A DNA stretch of 64,000 bases from Burkholderiales bacterium. Lineage in GTDB: Bacteria; Pseudomonadota; Gammaproteobacteria; Burkholderiales; SG8-39. The stretch lies in assembly GCA_035554435.1 (NCBI GenBank), contig DATMJC010000086.1, positions 6,113-70,112 of the forward strand. The letters are read 5' to 3'. Below the pieces are notes generated by a model. The model was not told where the DNA came from. It worked only from the letters and a program-made list of their open reading frames with translations, and searched no databases. Every line of letters starts with the position of its first letter. Position 1 is the stretch's first letter. Both the position numbers and the translations under genes were made by a program. This document shows positions 16,958-25,541 of this stretch, in pieces.

Positions 16958-17896
16958 GTGGAAATCAAGCAGCTCAAGGCCCTGAGCGCCATCGCCGAGG
17001 CCGGAAGCTTCAGCGTGGCGGCCGACAAGCTGCGCCTCACGCAGTCGGCCCTCAGCCACCAGATCAAGAACCTCGAGGACGAGCTGGGCGAGACGCTGCT
17101 GATTCGCGGCCGGGCGCGCGTCGTCCCCACCGCGGCCGGACAACACGTGCTCGCCTCAGCGCAGAACATCCTCGCGGAAGTGACGGCGATCCGCGAGCGG
17201 TTCGAGGCCGCAAGCCCGGGGCCGGTCACCGGCGTGCTGCGCATCGCCGCCACCAACCTCGGCATGGCGAGCCTGTACGGTGACCTGTGCGAGGACTTCA
17301 TGGCCCGCTATCCCAGCATGGAGGTGACCTTCCGTGCCACCGAGACGCCGGAGGAGGCGGCGCGGCGCGTCGAGGAAGGCGCAGCCGACGCGGCCTTCAT
17401 TCCGTTCTTCGGTCCGCACCCGCTTCTCGAGCAGCTGGTGCTCGGCACCACCGAAGACGTGTTCATCGTTGGCCGCAGCCACCCACTGTCCAAGCGACGG
17501 GTGCTCGCGCTCGATGACATCCGCGAGTGGCCCTTCGTGCGCTTTCATCCCAACAGCGGCAGCCGCACGGTATCGGACCGCCTGTTTCTCTCCACCGGCG
17601 GTTATCCGCCGATTGCCACCGAGTCGAACGACATGGAGTTCGTGAAGCGCGTGGTAGCCATGGGTGCCGGCGTGGCGCTCATCCCGGTGATTGCGGTGGC
17701 GCGCGAGGCGCGCGCGCACTCGTTGCGCCTCCTGCGCCTCGCCGACCGCACGCTGCAAGTCGACTTCGGCCTCGCCTATCGCCGTGGCGAGAAGATGAGG
17801 ACGGTGGACCGGCTGCGCGCGTTTTGTCTCGAGCGCCGCGGCCCCGAGCTGCGGCGGCTCACCATCGAGTCCCTCGGAAAGCCGGCTTTCGCCTAG
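16958..17896 (+). CDS. LysR-family transcriptional regulator
   Basis: 312-aa ORF with an N-terminal wHTH (FSVAADKLRLTQSALSHQIKNLEDELG). The GTG start is preceded by GAGGAGGA. It is divergent from the TPP operon. Confidence 0.92.
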   Translation: MEIKQLKALSAIAEAGSFSVAADKLRLTQSALSHQIKNLEDELGETLLIRGRARVVPTAAGQHVLASAQNILAEVTAIRERFEAASPGPVTGVLRIAATNLGMASLYGDLCEDFMARYPSMEVTFRATETPEEAARRVEEGAADAAFIPFFGPHPLLEQLVLGTTEDVFIVGRSHPLSKRRVLALDDIREWPFVRFHPNSGSRTVSDRLFLSTGGYPPIATESNDMEFVKRVVAMGAGVALIPVIAVAREARAHSLRLLRLADRTLQVDFGLAYRRGEKMRTVDRLRAFCLERRGPELRRLTIESLGKPAFA

Positions 17897-18960
17897 GCGC
17901 CTTCGAGAAGCCACGGCGCCTTCGCGGACGCGGCGATCCGCCGAACCTGCTTCAGCAGCGATTCCGGAAGTGGAATGCCATTCATCGAGCGCTCGGCGAA
18001 CGCGCGTGCCTCCGGATCGCCGGGAGCGAGCACCGGCTCGCCTTCCTTCGCCGGCCTCGTCTCGCGCAGCACGCGCATCATGCCGGCGACGCCGGTCTCG
18101 AAGCCGCCGTCGGGACGGAAGGCGTTCGGGTCGATGGCCATGAAGAAGTGGCCCACGTCGAGTGCGTTGCTGGTGCGGTCGCGCGTGACGCTGTACGACG
18201 CGCCCGAGAGCATGGTGGAGAGGATCTCGACGACGGCCGCGAGTCCGTAGCCCTTATGGCTGGAGAGCTGAGGCGTGCCGCCGAGCGGAGTGAGCAGCCG
18301 CGTGGCGAGCGCGGCCTTGGGGTCGGTGGTAACGCTCCCCGTGCTGTCCAGCGCCCATCCCGTTGCGAGCGGCCGACCGTTCAGTTCCGCGAGCCGCAGC
18401 TTGCCGATGGCCACGGTGCTGGTCGCCACGTCGAAGCAGAAGGGCGGCGCCTCGCCTGCCGGAGCGGCGAAAGCGATCGGATTGGTGCCGAAGCGCGGCT
18501 CCGCACCGTGCGTCGGCACGATGGCCGGATCCCACGCTGCAGAGACGCACACGCCGACGAGCCCGGCCTCGGCGGCGAGCACCGCGTAGGCACCGGCCGC
18601 GCCAAAATGGTTGGAGTTGCGTACCGCCACCGCGGCGAGGCCGGCGATGCGCGCCTTCTCGATGGCGAGCAGCATCGCGCGCGTGCCGGCCACCTGGCCG
18701 GGGCCGCGATCGGCGTCGATGAGCGCGGTCACCCCCGTTTCGCGCACCACGCGCGGCTGCGGCTGGAAGTTGAGGTGCCCCTCGCCGCGCAGCCGCGCGT
18801 AGAGCGGTAGCAGCGCGATGCCGTGCGAATCGACGCCGTGCAGGTCGGCGTATTCCAGCCGCTCGGCGGTGACGCGCGCGTGCTCCGGGCTCATGCCCCA
18901 GGCGCGGAAGATCTCCCGGCACTGCGCCGTAACCGCCGACGATGGGAGGCGCTTGGTCAT
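17893..18960 (-). CDS. Ldh_2-family (malate/L-lactate dehydrogenase type 2) oxidoreductase
   Basis: 355-aa ORF with family blocks HGVDSHGI, NSNHFGAAG and PIAFAAP. Confidence 0.85.
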   Translation of the reverse strand: MTKRLPSSAVTAQCREIFRAWGMSPEHARVTAERLEYADLHGVDSHGIALLPLYARLRGEGHLNFQPQPRVVRETGVTALIDADRGPGQVAGTRAMLLAIEKARIAGLAAVAVRNSNHFGAAGAYAVLAAEAGLVGVCVSAAWDPAIVPTHGAEPRFGTNPIAFAAPAGEAPPFCFDVATSTVAIGKLRLAELNGRPLATGWALDSTGSVTTDPKAALATRLLTPLGGTPQLSSHKGYGLAAVVEILSTMLSGASYSVTRDRTSNALDVGHFFMAIDPNAFRPDGGFETGVAGMMRVLRETRPAKEGEPVLAPGDPEARAFAERSMNGIPLPESLLKQVRRIAASAKAPWLLEGA

Positions 18961-18987
18961 GGCGCATGTAACGGCGGGCCACGCCGC

Positions 18988-19000
18988 CTGTCCAATGAAG
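18988..19000 (+). promoter_or_regulatory. CTGTCCAATGAAG box (Ldh_2 / amidohydrolase divergent region)
   Basis: Read directly. It is paired with an inverted copy about 25 nt downstream. Confidence 0.45.
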
Positions 19001-19025
19001 CTTGCCGATCCATGCGATGAAGAGC

Positions 19026-19036
19026 TTTCATTTGAC
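19026..19036 (-). promoter_or_regulatory. GTCAAATGAAA box (inverted copy)
   Basis: The plus strand reads TTTCATTTGAC, whose reverse complement matches the box core. Confidence 0.45.
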
Positions 19037-19067
19037 CTGCGCCAAGCGCTCTCGCTAACGTCGAGAC

Positions 19068-20468
19068 ATGCGCGCCGCCAGGGAAAAGCTCGGCCATCCG
19101 ATCATCGATGCCGACGCGCACGTCGTCGAATGCCAGTTCGCCCTCGAGGACACGCTGAAGGAAGCAGCCGGCCCGCGCATCGCCGCGCGGTTCGCCGAGG
19201 TGTTGGAGTTGATCTCGATGCACAGGTGGTACCGCGCCGACGAGCCTACGCGCCGGCGCCAGCGGCTCGGGCGGCCGTCCTTTTGGCACGTACCGGCCTC
19301 CAACACGCTCGACCGTGCCACCGCCATGCTGCCCGGCTTGATGCGCAGCCGCCTGGACGAGCTGGGCATCGATTTCGCGGTGGTGTACACGACGCTCGGC
19401 CTGAGCTTCGTCAGCATCCCCGACGAGGAGATGCGCCGCTCGATCGCGCGCGCGCTCAACCAGCTCAACGCCCGGACTTTCCGGGAGCACTCGAGCCGTC
19501 TCACGCCGGTGGCGATCGTGCCGATGGGCTCGCCGCAGGAGGCGATCGAAGAGCTGGAATACGCGGTGAAGACGCTCGGCTTCAAGGCTGCGTTTCTCGG
19601 CGGCCACTTCTGGCGGGCGCTGCCCGGCGGCGGGCGCTACATGGACTACCTTGCGCTCGACAGCGAGCTCGACTACGACCCGGTATGGGCGAAGTGCGTA
19701 GAGCTGGGCGTGGTGCCGGCCTCGCACGTCGGCACGCTGGGCGGACCGACGCACGGCTCGATCACCAACTATACGTTCAACCACGCCGGCTCCTTCGCCG
19801 CAGCCGGCCACATCCTCGCGCGCGCTCTCATCCTAGGAGGGGTGATGAAGCGCTTTCCCCGCTTGCGGGTCGCCTTCCTCGAGGGCGGCGCAGGCTGGGC
19901 CTCGCTTCTCTACAACACGCTGGTCGAGCGCTTCGAGAAGCGCAATGGGCGCGAGATCCTGCGCACGCTGGATCCCGAGCGGCAGGACCGCGCGCTGATG
20001 CGCAAGCTCTTCGAGCAGCACGGCGGCCCGCTTCTCTCGCGCTACGCCGAGCGCATCGGTCGTGATCAGGGCTCCATGCTCAACCCGCCCGAGGACCGCG
20101 CGAGAGTCGACGACTTCGCCGCCACCGGCGCCGAAGACGCGCAGGCCTTCGCGAAGCAGTTCGTGGACGGCTTCTACTTCGGCTGCGAGGGCGAGGACCG
20201 GGCCACCGTGATGGCATTCGACCGCCGCCTCAATCACTTCGGGCATCAGCTGAATGCGATCTTCAGCTCCGACCTCGGCCATTGGGACGTGCCGGAGATG
20301 GCCCGCGTGATGGAACAGACCTGCGAGCTTGTCGAGGACGGCATCCTGTCGCCGGAAGACTTTCGCAAGTTCACGTTTACGAATGTCGCGAGGATGTACA
20401 CGTCCATGAACCCGGACTTCTTCAAGGGGACGGCGGTGGAATCGGCCGTTGCACGGGAGATCGCGTAG
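19068..20468 (+). CDS. Amidohydrolase_2 (ACMSD/LigW-type metal-dependent hydrolase/decarboxylase) family protein
   Basis: 466-aa ORF with the N-terminal metal motif IIDADAHVVE and a TIM-barrel-like remainder. It is longer than classical ACMSD-type enzymes. Confidence 0.75.
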   Translation: MRAAREKLGHPIIDADAHVVECQFALEDTLKEAAGPRIAARFAEVLELISMHRWYRADEPTRRRQRLGRPSFWHVPASNTLDRATAMLPGLMRSRLDELGIDFAVVYTTLGLSFVSIPDEEMRRSIARALNQLNARTFREHSSRLTPVAIVPMGSPQEAIEELEYAVKTLGFKAAFLGGHFWRALPGGGRYMDYLALDSELDYDPVWAKCVELGVVPASHVGTLGGPTHGSITNYTFNHAGSFAAAGHILARALILGGVMKRFPRLRVAFLEGGAGWASLLYNTLVERFEKRNGREILRTLDPERQDRALMRKLFEQHGGPLLSRYAERIGRDQGSMLNPPEDRARVDDFAATGAEDAQAFAKQFVDGFYFGCEGEDRATVMAFDRRLNHFGHQLNAIFSSDLGHWDVPEMARVMEQTCELVEDGILSPEDFRKFTFTNVARMYTSMNPDFFKGTAVESAVAREIA

Positions 20469-20472
20469 AAAA

Positions 20473-22665
20473 TTAGGCGAGCGCAGCCAATACCCGCTCC
20501 GGGAGCAGCGGCAGATGCCGGACCCGCCTGCCCGTCAACGCCGCGAATGCGTTGCCGATTGCGGCCGGCGCAACGATGGGCGAGATCTCTCCCAATCCGG
20601 TAGGCGGCCCATCGCTCGGCACCAGCTCGACACGCAGGTCGGGAGCCTCGTTCATGCGCAGGATCGGGTAATCGTCGAAGCTCGTCTGCTCCACGCGGCC
20701 TTTCGAGAACGTGATCCGCTCCTTGAGCGCCATGCTCGTACCGAAGACCAGCCCGCCTTCGATGAGGGCGAGCGAATTGTCGGGCTGCAGGACGAGGCCA
20801 GGGTCCGCGGCGGCCCAGATGTGGTGCACGCGGATCGTCCCGCTCGCGCGCTCGAGCGAGACCTCGGCCACGGCGGCGAGCATGGTGCCGTCGTAGTCGG
20901 AGAAAGCGAGCCCTTTCGCCCGGTTCGGCGCGGCCTCGCCCCATCCGGACATCTGCGCGACGCGCTCGAGGACGCGCAGTCCGCGTGGCGTGTTCTTCAG
21001 CAGCCGGCGCCGCATCTCGAGCGGGTTGATACCGGCTTCGAGGGCGATCTCGTCGACGAAGGACTCGACGGCGAACCGGTTCGGCGGCGCGCCGACGCCC
21101 CGCATCGGCGAGATGCGCACGACGATTGGCTGCCGCAGATGCTCGACCAGCCGGTTCGGCACATCGTAGGTGGGGATGTCCGAGCCGAGCATCGCCACCG
21201 CCGGCGACTCCTTGCGCGCCTTCGAGCGGGGCGGGTCCGCCATCATGAGCGGGTCCTCGCAGGCGACGCGATGACGCCACCCGGTCACGTTGCCGTCCTG
21301 GTCGAGCGCGGCTTTCATCCATTGCGCGGTCATCGGCTTGAAGCGTCCGCTGCGAATATCCTCCTGCCGGCTCCACACCACTTTGACCGGTCGGCCGAGA
21401 TCCCTGGACAGCACGGCCGCGTCGACCACGAAGTCCTGATCGAACGCCGCGCGGCGGCCGAAGGCGCCGCCTGAATAGGAGCGATGGATGGTGACCGCGG
21501 ACGCGTCGATGCCAAGCGCGGAGGCGACCGCCCTGACCGCATAGGCCGGCGCCTGCGTTCCTGCCCAGACCTCGGCGCGCGTTCCGCCGTCCGATACGGA
21601 AGCGGTAGCGTTCAGTGGCTCGATCTGCGCGTGGTAGAAGTAGTCGGAGCGGTATTCGCGCTCGATGGTCTTCGCGGCGCCGTTGAACGCCGGCCCGACT
21701 TCGCCCTTCTTGTCCCAGGCGCGTCCGGCCAGCTCGACATTGCGGACGGCTCCGAAATAGGTCGCGATCGCCTCCCGGTCGCTGAACGAATCCGCTGGCG
21801 CCGCGCCCCAGGTCACATTCACCCGCTCCTTTGCGGCGAGCGCCGATTCCATCGTATTGCCGATCACGGCCACGGCATCCGCCAGCTTCCTCACCCCGAC
21901 ATAGCCTGGGATGGCACGCGCGCCCGCATCGTCGACCTGCTCGGGGGCCGCGCCGAGCACCGGAGTGCGCATGACTGTCGCGTACGCCATGTTCGGCAAT
22001 CGGGCATTGAGCGCGTAGTCCGCGGTGCCCGCGATCTTCGCGGGCAGGTCGCGGCGCTGAGCATTTTTGCCGACCAGGCGGAATTGCGCGGCCGGCTTGA
22101 GGTCGGCCTCCTTGAGGTCCGGCGGTGGCGGCAGGCTGCGGACGTTCTTCGCGATCTGTCCGTAGCTCATGCGCTTCCTCGACGGGCGGTGAACCACGAC
22201 GCTCGGTTCGGTCTCCAGCTCGGATACAGGCACCTTCCAGACGTCAGCAACCGCTTGCAGCATCGACGCGCGCGCCTTGGCGCCGGCGAGGCGAAGGGCT
22301 GTGTAGTAGCCCATGACGCCGAAGCTCGCGATCGTGACCATCAGGTTGCCCAGTCGCGGATTGCCATAGAGCTCGTCAACCGCGGGAGACATCTCGATGC
22401 GCACCTTGTTCCAGTCGGCGTCGAGCTCTTCTGCGACCAGCAAGGCCAGCGTCGTCATCGAACCCTGCCCCAGCTCCGAAATGCCGGACAGGATGACGAT
22501 CGTGCCGTCCGCATGGATGCGAACCCACGCGTTCGGGCGCAGCTCCGTTGCCAGCGCAGGCGTCCCGTCCTTCGACGCGGCGAATGACGGAAGAACGAAT
22601 GCAAATCCAAGCGCCCCGGCGGACCCCAGGAATTGCCGGCGCGATACCGCGATCTTGGTCTTCAT
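20473..22665 (-). CDS. molybdopterin-binding subunit of an IorB/aldehyde-oxidase-type hydroxylase
   Basis: 730-aa ORF with the Tat signal SRRQFLGSAGALGFAF and xanthine-dehydrogenase-family Moco domains. Confidence 0.88.
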   Translation of the reverse strand: MKTKIAVSRRQFLGSAGALGFAFVLPSFAASKDGTPALATELRPNAWVRIHADGTIVILSGISELGQGSMTTLALLVAEELDADWNKVRIEMSPAVDELYGNPRLGNLMVTIASFGVMGYYTALRLAGAKARASMLQAVADVWKVPVSELETEPSVVVHRPSRKRMSYGQIAKNVRSLPPPPDLKEADLKPAAQFRLVGKNAQRRDLPAKIAGTADYALNARLPNMAYATVMRTPVLGAAPEQVDDAGARAIPGYVGVRKLADAVAVIGNTMESALAAKERVNVTWGAAPADSFSDREAIATYFGAVRNVELAGRAWDKKGEVGPAFNGAAKTIEREYRSDYFYHAQIEPLNATASVSDGGTRAEVWAGTQAPAYAVRAVASALGIDASAVTIHRSYSGGAFGRRAAFDQDFVVDAAVLSRDLGRPVKVVWSRQEDIRSGRFKPMTAQWMKAALDQDGNVTGWRHRVACEDPLMMADPPRSKARKESPAVAMLGSDIPTYDVPNRLVEHLRQPIVVRISPMRGVGAPPNRFAVESFVDEIALEAGINPLEMRRRLLKNTPRGLRVLERVAQMSGWGEAAPNRAKGLAFSDYDGTMLAAVAEVSLERASGTIRVHHIWAAADPGLVLQPDNSLALIEGGLVFGTSMALKERITFSKGRVEQTSFDDYPILRMNEAPDLRVELVPSDGPPTGLGEISPIVAPAAIGNAFAALTGRRVRHLPLLPERVLAALA

Positions 22666-22674
22666 GGGGTCTCC

Positions 22675-23133
22675 TCAGGCTGATTTCGACGCGCGCGCTA
22701 CGGCCCGTACGATCCGCTCGTAGGTACCGCAGCGACACAGGTTGCTGGCCATGTGCCCCTTGATCTGCTCGCGCGTCGGATTCTTCACCGTCGACAGCAG
22801 GTCGACCGCGCTTACGATCTGGCCGGATTGGCAGTAACCGCATTGCGGTACGGCCTCGTCGAGCCAGGCCCGCTTGACCGTGCGTCCGAGCCGGCTGCTG
22901 TCGAGCCCTTCCACAGTGGTGATGCGCTGCCCTGCGGCCTGCTCGACCGGCACCTGGCAGGAGAAAGCGCGCTTGCCGTTCCTCAGCACCATGCACGCGC
23001 CGCACTGCCCGAGGCCGCAGCCGAACTTAGGGCCGGCGAGTTGAAGATGCTCACGCAGGACCCACAGCAGGGGCGCGCCGCTTTCCGCGTCCACGCCGAC
23101 CGGCTTGCCGTTCACCTTCAGGTTGTACCGCAC
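22675..23133 (-). CDS. (2Fe-2S)-binding small subunit of the Mo-hydroxylase (IorA-like)
   Basis: The GTG at 23133 is preceded by GGAGGGAG, so the longer ORF reaching 23199 was rejected. Two [2Fe-2S] cysteine clusters are present (CGLGQCGAC and CGYCQSG ... CRCG). Confidence 0.88.
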   Translation of the reverse strand: MRYNLKVNGKPVGVDAESGAPLLWVLREHLQLAGPKFGCGLGQCGACMVLRNGKRAFSCQVPVEQAAGQRITTVEGLDSSRLGRTVKRAWLDEAVPQCGYCQSGQIVSAVDLLSTVKNPTREQIKGHMASNLCRCGTYERIVRAVARASKSA

Positions 23134-23170
23134 GATGCTCCCTCCTCTCAGGGCTCGCGGGACTGCGTGT

Positions 23171-23575
23171 CTAGGCCGGCACCGCCGCGAGCAAGTCAAT
23201 CTCGACCAGGAACTGCGGGTCGGAAAGCCGCGACACCTGCACCGTGGTGCTGCCGGGCATGTTGTCGGCGTTCCAGTAGGCGGGCAAGGACGGATCCTTG
23301 CGGATGCGCAGGTACTCGTCCATGTCCAGCACGAAGCTGCGCCGGTAGATCACGTCGCCCCAGCCGGCGCCGGCCGCCTTGAGCTGGATCTCGAGGCTGC
23401 GCATCACCTGCAGGTATTGCGCCTTGAGGTCGCCCGGCGCCACGCATTTGTAGTTTTCGTCGGACGGGGTTTGCCCCGCGATGAAGATGAACTGCATCGG
23501 CCCTTCCACCGTCACCACGCGCGTGAAGCCGGGATGCCGGAAAACGCCCTTGGGGTTTTGATACGTCTTCTTCAT
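23171..23575 (-). CDS. RidA/YjgF-family protein
   Basis: This is the last 134 codons of ORF 23171..24472, starting at MKKTYQNPKG. Its length and C-terminus are typical of RidA. Confidence 0.75.
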   Translation of the reverse strand: MKKTYQNPKGVFRHPGFTRVVTVEGPMQFIFIAGQTPSDENYKCVAPGDLKAQYLQVMRSLEIQLKAAGAGWGDVIYRRSFVLDMDEYLRIRKDPSLPAYWNADNMPGSTTVQVSRLSDPQFLVEIDLLAAVPA

Positions 23576-23577
23576 CG

Positions 23578-24552
23578 CTATTCGGCCTTGATGCCCGCGT
23601 CCTGCGCGAGCTTCTTCTTGCGTGCGATTTCGGCGTGCACGTAGCGCGCGAATGGATCGGGTGCCATCGGCGCGGCCTCCATCCCCATCTTGAGCAGACG
23701 GTCCTTCACATCCGGCAGGCCGAGTGTCCAGGAGACGTCGGCGTAGATCTTGTCGACGATCGCGCGCGGTGTACCGCCGGGGGCGAGAAGACCGTACCAG
23801 AGCTCGAGGTCGAACGCCGGGTAGCCTTGCTCGGCGAACGTGGGCACCTCCGGCCAATAGCTCATGCGTTTCTCCCCGGCCACGGCCAGCACGCGCAGGC
23901 GCTTCGCGTTGACGAGCGGGATGGCGCCGTTCGAGGCGAGGAATGCGGCGTTCAGCCGGCCCTCGACCAGATCGTTCTGCATCTGGCCCGGCCCACCCCC
24001 GTACGGCACGTGGACCATGTCGAGACCGGCAAGGTGGGCGAACATCGCCATGAACATGTGGTGCGTGGTGCCGTTCCCCGCCGAGCCATAGGCCACCTTT
24101 TTCGGGTTCTTCTTCACGTAGTCGACGAATTCGGCCACCGAGCTCACCGGCATGGACGGATGCACGCACAGCACCATCGCGCCGAGCGCGACCTGCGCTA
24201 CGGGTGTGAGATCCTTGATCGGATCGAACGGCAGCTTGATGAGCGCCGGGTTGTTCGCGAAGGCGTCCGGCACAAGCACCATGTTGTAGCCGTCCGGAGC
24301 CGACTTCGCCACTTCGGCCGTGCCGATCATCGTGCCGGCTCCGAGCTTGTTCACGATCACGACCTGCTGGCCCCAGCGCTCCGCGAGCTTCGCGCCGAGG
24401 ATGCGCGCGAGGAGGTCGGGGCCGGAGCCGACGTTGGTCGGCGCGATGATCTGCACCGGCTTGGCCGGCCACGCTTGCGCGCCGGCGAGGGCGGCGAACG
24501 CCAAGCCGACGATGGTGACAAGTGCTCTCGCCAGTTTCCTATTTGCCGTCAT
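23578..24552 (-). CDS. Bug/TctC-family substrate-binding protein
   Basis: 324-aa ORF with a signal peptide and WPAKPVQIIAPTNVGSGPDLLAR...IVNKLGAG. Confidence 0.88.
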   Translation of the reverse strand: MTANRKLARALVTIVGLAFAALAGAQAWPAKPVQIIAPTNVGSGPDLLARILGAKLAERWGQQVVIVNKLGAGTMIGTAEVAKSAPDGYNMVLVPDAFANNPALIKLPFDPIKDLTPVAQVALGAMVLCVHPSMPVSSVAEFVDYVKKNPKKVAYGSAGNGTTHHMFMAMFAHLAGLDMVHVPYGGGPGQMQNDLVEGRLNAAFLASNGAIPLVNAKRLRVLAVAGEKRMSYWPEVPTFAEQGYPAFDLELWYGLLAPGGTPRAIVDKIYADVSWTLGLPDVKDRLLKMGMEAAPMAPDPFARYVHAEIARKKKLAQDAGIKAE

Positions 24553-25105
24553 CGTCGAGCGTCACCGGCGGCACGATCGGCTTGCCATCCTTGATCTTCA
24601 TGCGCTTGCGCGCTTCCTCGGCGTCGGTCGGGCACAGGCGCTTGAGCGGCTTGCGCGCGTAGATGGTGATCTCGATGTTCGGCCCGTGGCCGACGTTCTG
24701 GTGCGAGACGCCGCGCGGGATCACCGTCATCTCGCCTTCGTTGATCGTGACCGGGCCGGTCTCGGCTCGCAGCGTGCGGCTCCCCTTGTACTGGAACGCC
24801 CATTCATCGGCACCGATGTTGCGGTGCCAGCCACCCTGCTCCCGGTCGCAGTTGGCGACCTCGATGATCATGTCCTCGTTGGCGTAGAGCACGAGCGGCA
24901 TGTAGCCGTTCACCATGTCGACGCCGGTGACCACTCCCTCCTTGAAGATATCGTTGAGGGAGATCTTCTCCATCTTGCGCCCGCCGTCGGCGGCGTCGTT
25001 GAGGATCGTCTCGTCCCGCTCGATCACGAAGCGCTTCTCGGTATCGCTCCAGTCGGCGACCGACGGACCCCAGTAGGTGACGAACTCCTTGATCTTCTTG
25101 CTCAT
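24539..25105 (-). CDS. cupin-domain protein (3-hydroxyanthranilate-dioxygenase-like metal site)
   Basis: 188-aa ORF with cupin motifs GGWHRNIGADEWAFQYKG and IPRGVSHQN. The resemblance to HAO-type cupins is my judgement. Confidence 0.6.
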   Translation of the reverse strand: MSKKIKEFVTYWGPSVADWSDTEKRFVIERDETILNDAADGGRKMEKISLNDIFKEGVVTGVDMVNGYMPLVLYANEDMIIEVANCDREQGGWHRNIGADEWAFQYKGSRTLRAETGPVTINEGEMTVIPRGVSHQNVGHGPNIEITIYARKPLKRLCPTDAEEARKRMKIKDGKPIVPPVTLDDDGK

Positions 25106-25133
25106 GCGCGGACGATCACACGCTCATCCTTCG

Positions 25134-25159
25134 CCGTCCAATGAAACGTTGTCATCGGC
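25134..25159 (+). promoter_or_regulatory. 26-nt box CCGTCCAATGAAACGTTGTCATCGGC (copy 1)
   Basis: This is an exact repeat of 26530..26555 and lies in the cupin-operon/yciI divergent intergenic region. It contains the T-N11-A element TGAAACGTTGTCA. Confidence 0.6.
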
Positions 25160-25201
25160 CGGATTACCGCGCGTCATCGCCGCAGGCGCTACGATGAGCG
25201 C

Positions 25202-25537
25202 ATGTGGTATCTCTGCCTGAGGAAGCGCAAGGCGGTGCAGCCGGCGGGGCCGCGCAAGGTGGACCTCGACGTGCACCTCGAGTGGATGCGACGCCAGCAC
25301 GAGGCCGGCAAGGTGCTCTTCTCCGGGCCCTCGCCGAAGCGCGGGCTGGGAATTTATGTCATCCGCGCCGACTCGGAGGCCGAGGCCGCCGAGATCGCCG
25401 CCGCCGATCCCTATACGGGCGACGGCCAAACCGAATTCGAGCTGATCGAGTGGGACGTGCGCCAAGTACTCGGCGCCGGCCCCTTCACCGCGGCCGCCAT
25501 CCAGGCGCAGACGCGGCGCCCGCCGCCCAAGGTCTAG
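25202..25537 (+). CDS. YciI-family protein
   Basis: 111-aa ORF with YciI-like sequence (HLEWMRRQHEAGKVLFSGP...ADPY). Confidence 0.7.
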   Translation: MWYLCLRKRKAVQPAGPRKVDLDVHLEWMRRQHEAGKVLFSGPSPKRGLGIYVIRADSEAEAAEIAAADPYTGDGQTEFELIEWDVRQVLGAGPFTAAAIQAQTRRPPPKV

Positions 25538-25541
25538 CCGG

